Source: Mobula hypostoma (taxonomy: Eukaryota). From it: a stretch of DNA of 64,000 nt. Of this stretch, positions 62,397-64,000 are shown piece after piece. The notes beneath the pieces were generated by a model. The model was given only the letters and a program-made list of their open reading frames with translations, had not been told where the DNA came from and searched no databases. The stretch spans positions 6,076,001 through 6,140,000 of the forward strand of contig NC_086098.1 of assembly GCF_963921235.1 (NCBI RefSeq), given 5' to 3'. A program made the translations under genes and the position numbers. Each line of letters begins with the position of its first letter. Positions within the stretch are counted from its first letter, which is position 1.

Positions 62397-62656
62397 ATGC
62401 GAAGAAATTTTTTTAGTCAGAGGGTGGTGAATCTATGGAATTTGTTGCCACTGGCAGCAGTGGAGGCCAAGTCAATGGGTGTATTTAAGGCAGAGATTGA
62501 TAGGTATCTGAGTAGCCAGGGCATCAAAGGTTATGGTGAGAAGGCGGGGGAGTGGGACTAAATAGGAGAATGGATCAGCTCATGATAAGATGGCGGAGCA
62601 GACTCGATGGGCCGAATGGCCGACTTCTGCTGCTTTGTCTTATGGTCTTGTGGTCT
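62397..62656 (+). mobile_element. Young CR1 extreme 3' end
   Basis: Matches the reverse complement of 48317-48570. Confidence 0.85.
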
Positions 62657-63446
62657 AAACGCTGTCTCATCTAGTTCTTTTGCAGTGTGGATTCCAGGTC
62701 AATATGTGGAAAGTTAAAATCATCTATTATAACAACTCTATGTTTCCTGCAACAGGCCGCAATCTCTTTAAAATGTGTTTCTCTAAATCCCTAGGACTGC
62801 TGGGTGGTTTGTAATACAGCCCCATTAATGTGGCCATACCTTCCATATTCCTTGGTTCCATCCATAACACCTCACTAGTCAAGTTCACCGATCTGTCCTA
62901 ACAGAGAACTGCCATGACATTTTCCTTGGCTAGTAATGCCACTCGCCCCCCCCCCCCCGCTTGCTCTGTTGTGTCTAAAACAACGGAACCCTGGAATATT
63001 GAGCTGCCAGTCCTGCCCCTCCTGCAACCAAGTCTCACTAAGGACTACAATGTCAAAATTCCAGGTGTTAATCCACACCTTGAGCTCATCCACCTTTCTA
63101 ACAATATTTTTTGCATTGAAGTATACGCAGCTCAGGACACTAGTCGCACCAAGCTCAACTTTTTGATTCGTGACTTTGTCTGAGGTCTTACCAACATCTG
63201 CCTCCACAGCCTCTCCACTAACTGTTCTGGCACTCTAGTTCCCAGCCCCCACAACACTAGTTTAAACCCCACTGTGCAGCAATAACAAACTTTCCCACTA
63301 GGATATTAGTCCCCCTCCTGTTCAGCAGCAAACCATCCCTACTGTAGAGGTCTCACCTTCCCCGGAAGACAGCCCAGTCATCCACTAATCCTCTCCCTCC
63401 TACACCATCTCCTTAGCCACGTTTTAAACTGTATCATCTCACTAGT

Positions 63447-63626
63447 GAACGCAGCAGGCCAGGCAGCATCTCTAGGAAGAGGTACAGTCGACGTTTCAGG
63501 CCGAGGCCCTTCGTCAGGAAAGTCGACTGTACCTCTTCCTAGAGATGCTGCCTGGTCTGCTGCGTTCACCAGCAACTTTGATGTGTGTTACTTGAATTTC
63601 CAGCATCTGCAGAATTCCTGTTGTTT
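63447..63626. mobile_element. Fold-back mini-PLE
   Basis: 48-bp inverted arms at 63445-63492/63522-63569 and a 13-bp TSD tcatctc(a/t)ctagt. Confidence 0.85.
63486..63519 (-). ncRNA. Minimal hammerhead ribozyme core
   Basis: The minus strand reads CTGACGA-AGGGCCTCGGCCT-GAAAC-GTC-GACT. The core is canonical, but the normal 5' stem I strand is altered by the inversion junction. Confidence 0.65.
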
Positions 63627-64000
63627 TCATCTCTCTAGTTCTTGTTTCACTAGAACGTGGCACGGGTAGCAATTCTGAGATCAGAATTCTGGAGACCTTG
63701 TCCTTTAACTTCGCACCAAACTCCCTAAATTCTTTATGCAGAACCTCATTACTTATTTTACCCACGTCTTTGATATCTACATCGACCACGCTCTCTGGCT
63801 GTTCTCTGCTATGCTTAAGAATGCTGAAGGCTCAGTCTGAGATGTCCCAGACTGGCACGCGGGAGACAACGTACCATCTGGGAACCTCATTCTCACCCAC
63901 TAAACTTTCTCTCTGTTCCCCTAACTATTGAATCCATATCAGCACAGTGTGCCTCCTCTCCCCTTTTTCTTTCAGAGTCACAAAGCTAGACTCAGTGCCA

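Larger units (their letters stand above)
62105..64000 (-). mobile_element. CR1 5' region (ORF1 end and endonuclease domain), decayed
   Basis: CVYFNAKNIVRKVDEL...LSETWL...RASGGGG and ORF1-like ILISELLPVP. Confidence 0.8.

Noticed and set aside
1..64000. Prokaryotic-style systems (CRISPR array, operons, defence loci)
   Set aside because: There is no repeat-spacer array or gene-dense organisation. The content is vertebrate TE sequence.

Overview
This is eukaryotic genomic DNA dominated by nested, mostly decayed transposable elements. The repeat repertoire suggests a cartilaginous fish, probably a ray (inference). It includes many CR1 LINE copies, Rex1/Babar LINEs, Penelope-like elements (PLEs) with GIY-YIG fragments and minimal hammerhead ribozyme (HHR) motifs, V-SINE-like and tRNA/CORE/RTE-type SINEs, Tc1/mariner derivatives, one full decayed Gypsy provirus and several solo LTRs. 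No host protein-coding gene could be identified, and nearly all recognisable ORFs are TE remnants or their antisense frames. The most unusual item is a chimera at 9170-9406: an LTR, exactly 18 nt of tRNA-Leu primer-binding site, then an antisense 28S rRNA fragment, replacing the hammerhead core of a PLE without a target-site duplication (TSD). Other notable items are three inverted PLE structures, breakpoints clustering in the PLE hammerhead, a G:U-biased 35-bp hairpin inside a local duplication, and CR1 insertions primed by tail microhomology. Boundaries of old elements are approximate, family names come from motif recognition, and no database search was run.
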